A DNA stretch of 64,000 nucleotides from Macrostomum hystrix (Eukaryota > Animalia > Platyhelminthes): assembly GCA_950097015.1 (NCBI GenBank), contig CATNEN010000003.1, positions 4,092,001 to 4,156,000 of the forward strand, written 5' to 3'. The notes beneath the pieces were generated by a model, which was given only the letters and a program-made list of their open reading frames with translations, was not told the DNA's origin and ran no database searches. The position numbers and the translations under genes are program-made. Below are positions 62,982 to 64,000 of the stretch, piece by piece (position 1 is the stretch's first letter; each line of letters starts with the position of its first letter).

Positions 62982-64000
62982 CCCTTGATCTGTCGCTCAA
63001 ACATTCTTTGTGACCTCTTTCTTTTGTACTCGCTGTGGACCAAGTGCCGGCGGCTTCTGTCTTCTGTATTTTTTTGCTTCACGTTTAGTTGTTGTGCTGC
63101 GCTCGCTGGTCTTGCTTGTAACTTCTTTACGCCTTCAACCATTTTGTGTTTTATGTTTTAGCTCTGTTTTAAGTGCGTACCGGCGTCACCCTATTTTGCA
63201 TTTTATGTTGCGTGCCTCCCCCCCTTCCTCTTCCTTTTTTTTGGGTTTGGGCCATAGACGGTGCCCTTCCCTCGTTCGCTCTCTGCTGTGTCGCATCTGC
63301 TGTCTCTGTCTGCCTTCGTGCCTGGGAGTGTGGTGTTTAGTGTCCAATCGGCGCTCGCTGATTGGGTGTAAACACCCACCCCAGGCACCCACCCCAGGCA
63401 CCCACCCCTCCGCTTTTAGCTGGGTTGTATTTCAGCCGGCACCCCCGTGCTGCCCAGCCTTGTCTCTTCGCGCTGCGTGGTGTGAAATTTTTTTCTTTTT
63501 CCTTGCTTCCTTTTTTCTTTCTTGCTTTTGCCTTTTTGTGTGCATTTTGAATACTTCCTTTGAAATAATTTATTTGCAAATATATCGTATGTGGGCCATA
63601 GACGGTGCCCTTCCCTCGTTCGCTCTCTGCTGTGTCGCATCTGCTGTCTCTGTCTGCCTTCGTGCCTGGGAGTGTGGTGTTTAACCCATAGACAACAAAC
63701 AGTCGAGCGCATAATAAAACGATAATGCCATTCTGGATTCAAGGCTTTTCTGGATTGTTGTCGTTGTTGACACATAATAAAATAAGTCAAGTGAGCTAAC
63801 TTTGTGGGCAATAAAACGAAAGTTAATAAGATAGCCCGAGGAACATAAGCGGCGGTCTATGTACAATATATGTACATTGCAACACTTGTCACTGTACATA
63901 TGATACATAGTTTTATTCCTATACCCAAACACGCTCAAAGTATTTAAATTATTTTGACGCTAGCGAAGCATACACATAAACGGCAGCCTAGCTGAGTGCC

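Larger units (their letters stand above)
59009..63683 (+). mobile_element. Full-length Ngaro-type tyrosine-recombinase (DIRS-order) retrotransposon with split direct repeats A1-ORFs-B1A2-B2
   Basis: A1 59009-59166 = A2 63336-63493; B1 63248-63339 = B2 63592-63683. Shared TTTA core at the junctions. Gag, RT/RNase H and YR present; no methyltransferase seen. Confidence 0.93.

Noticed and set aside
63010-63684. 224-aa ORF as a fourth Ngaro ORF
   Set aside because: It spans the terminal repeats, is Phe/Leu/Cys-rich from T-rich DNA and shows no hydrolase or other motif.

Overview
Eukaryotic (metazoan) genomic DNA. The spliced GC-rich genes with minisatellite-filled introns resemble a free-living flatworm such as Macrostomum, but this is an inference from style, not a database result. 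I reconstructed nine host genes by hand from GT-AG sites with frame-consistent joins, and all lie on the minus strand: a PH+PDZ-like adaptor, MDH1B, PSPH, ARL1, a HEI10/CCNB1IP1-like RING protein, Hakai/CBLL1, GALNT2, a 1190-aa secreted tandem-repeat helical polyprotein of unknown family, and an atypical peroxiredoxin with a polyQ tail. About 20 minisatellite arrays occupy introns and intergenic spaces. Mobile DNA includes tRNA-derived SINEs (three copies interrupted by other elements), a 5'-truncated LINE with C-terminal zinc fingers, a deleted maT-like Tc1/mariner, several MITEs and a young full-length Ngaro-type tyrosine-recombinase retrotransposon. Best leads: (1) the secreted 19-unit polyprotein with putative processing linkers; (2) the Ngaro element, whose sequence shows a -1 frameshift signal for Gag-Pol and an in-frame GT-AG intron that would fuse the Gag SAP domain to the recombinase; (3) intronic minisatellites whose units copy or mimic splice signals on the sense strand.
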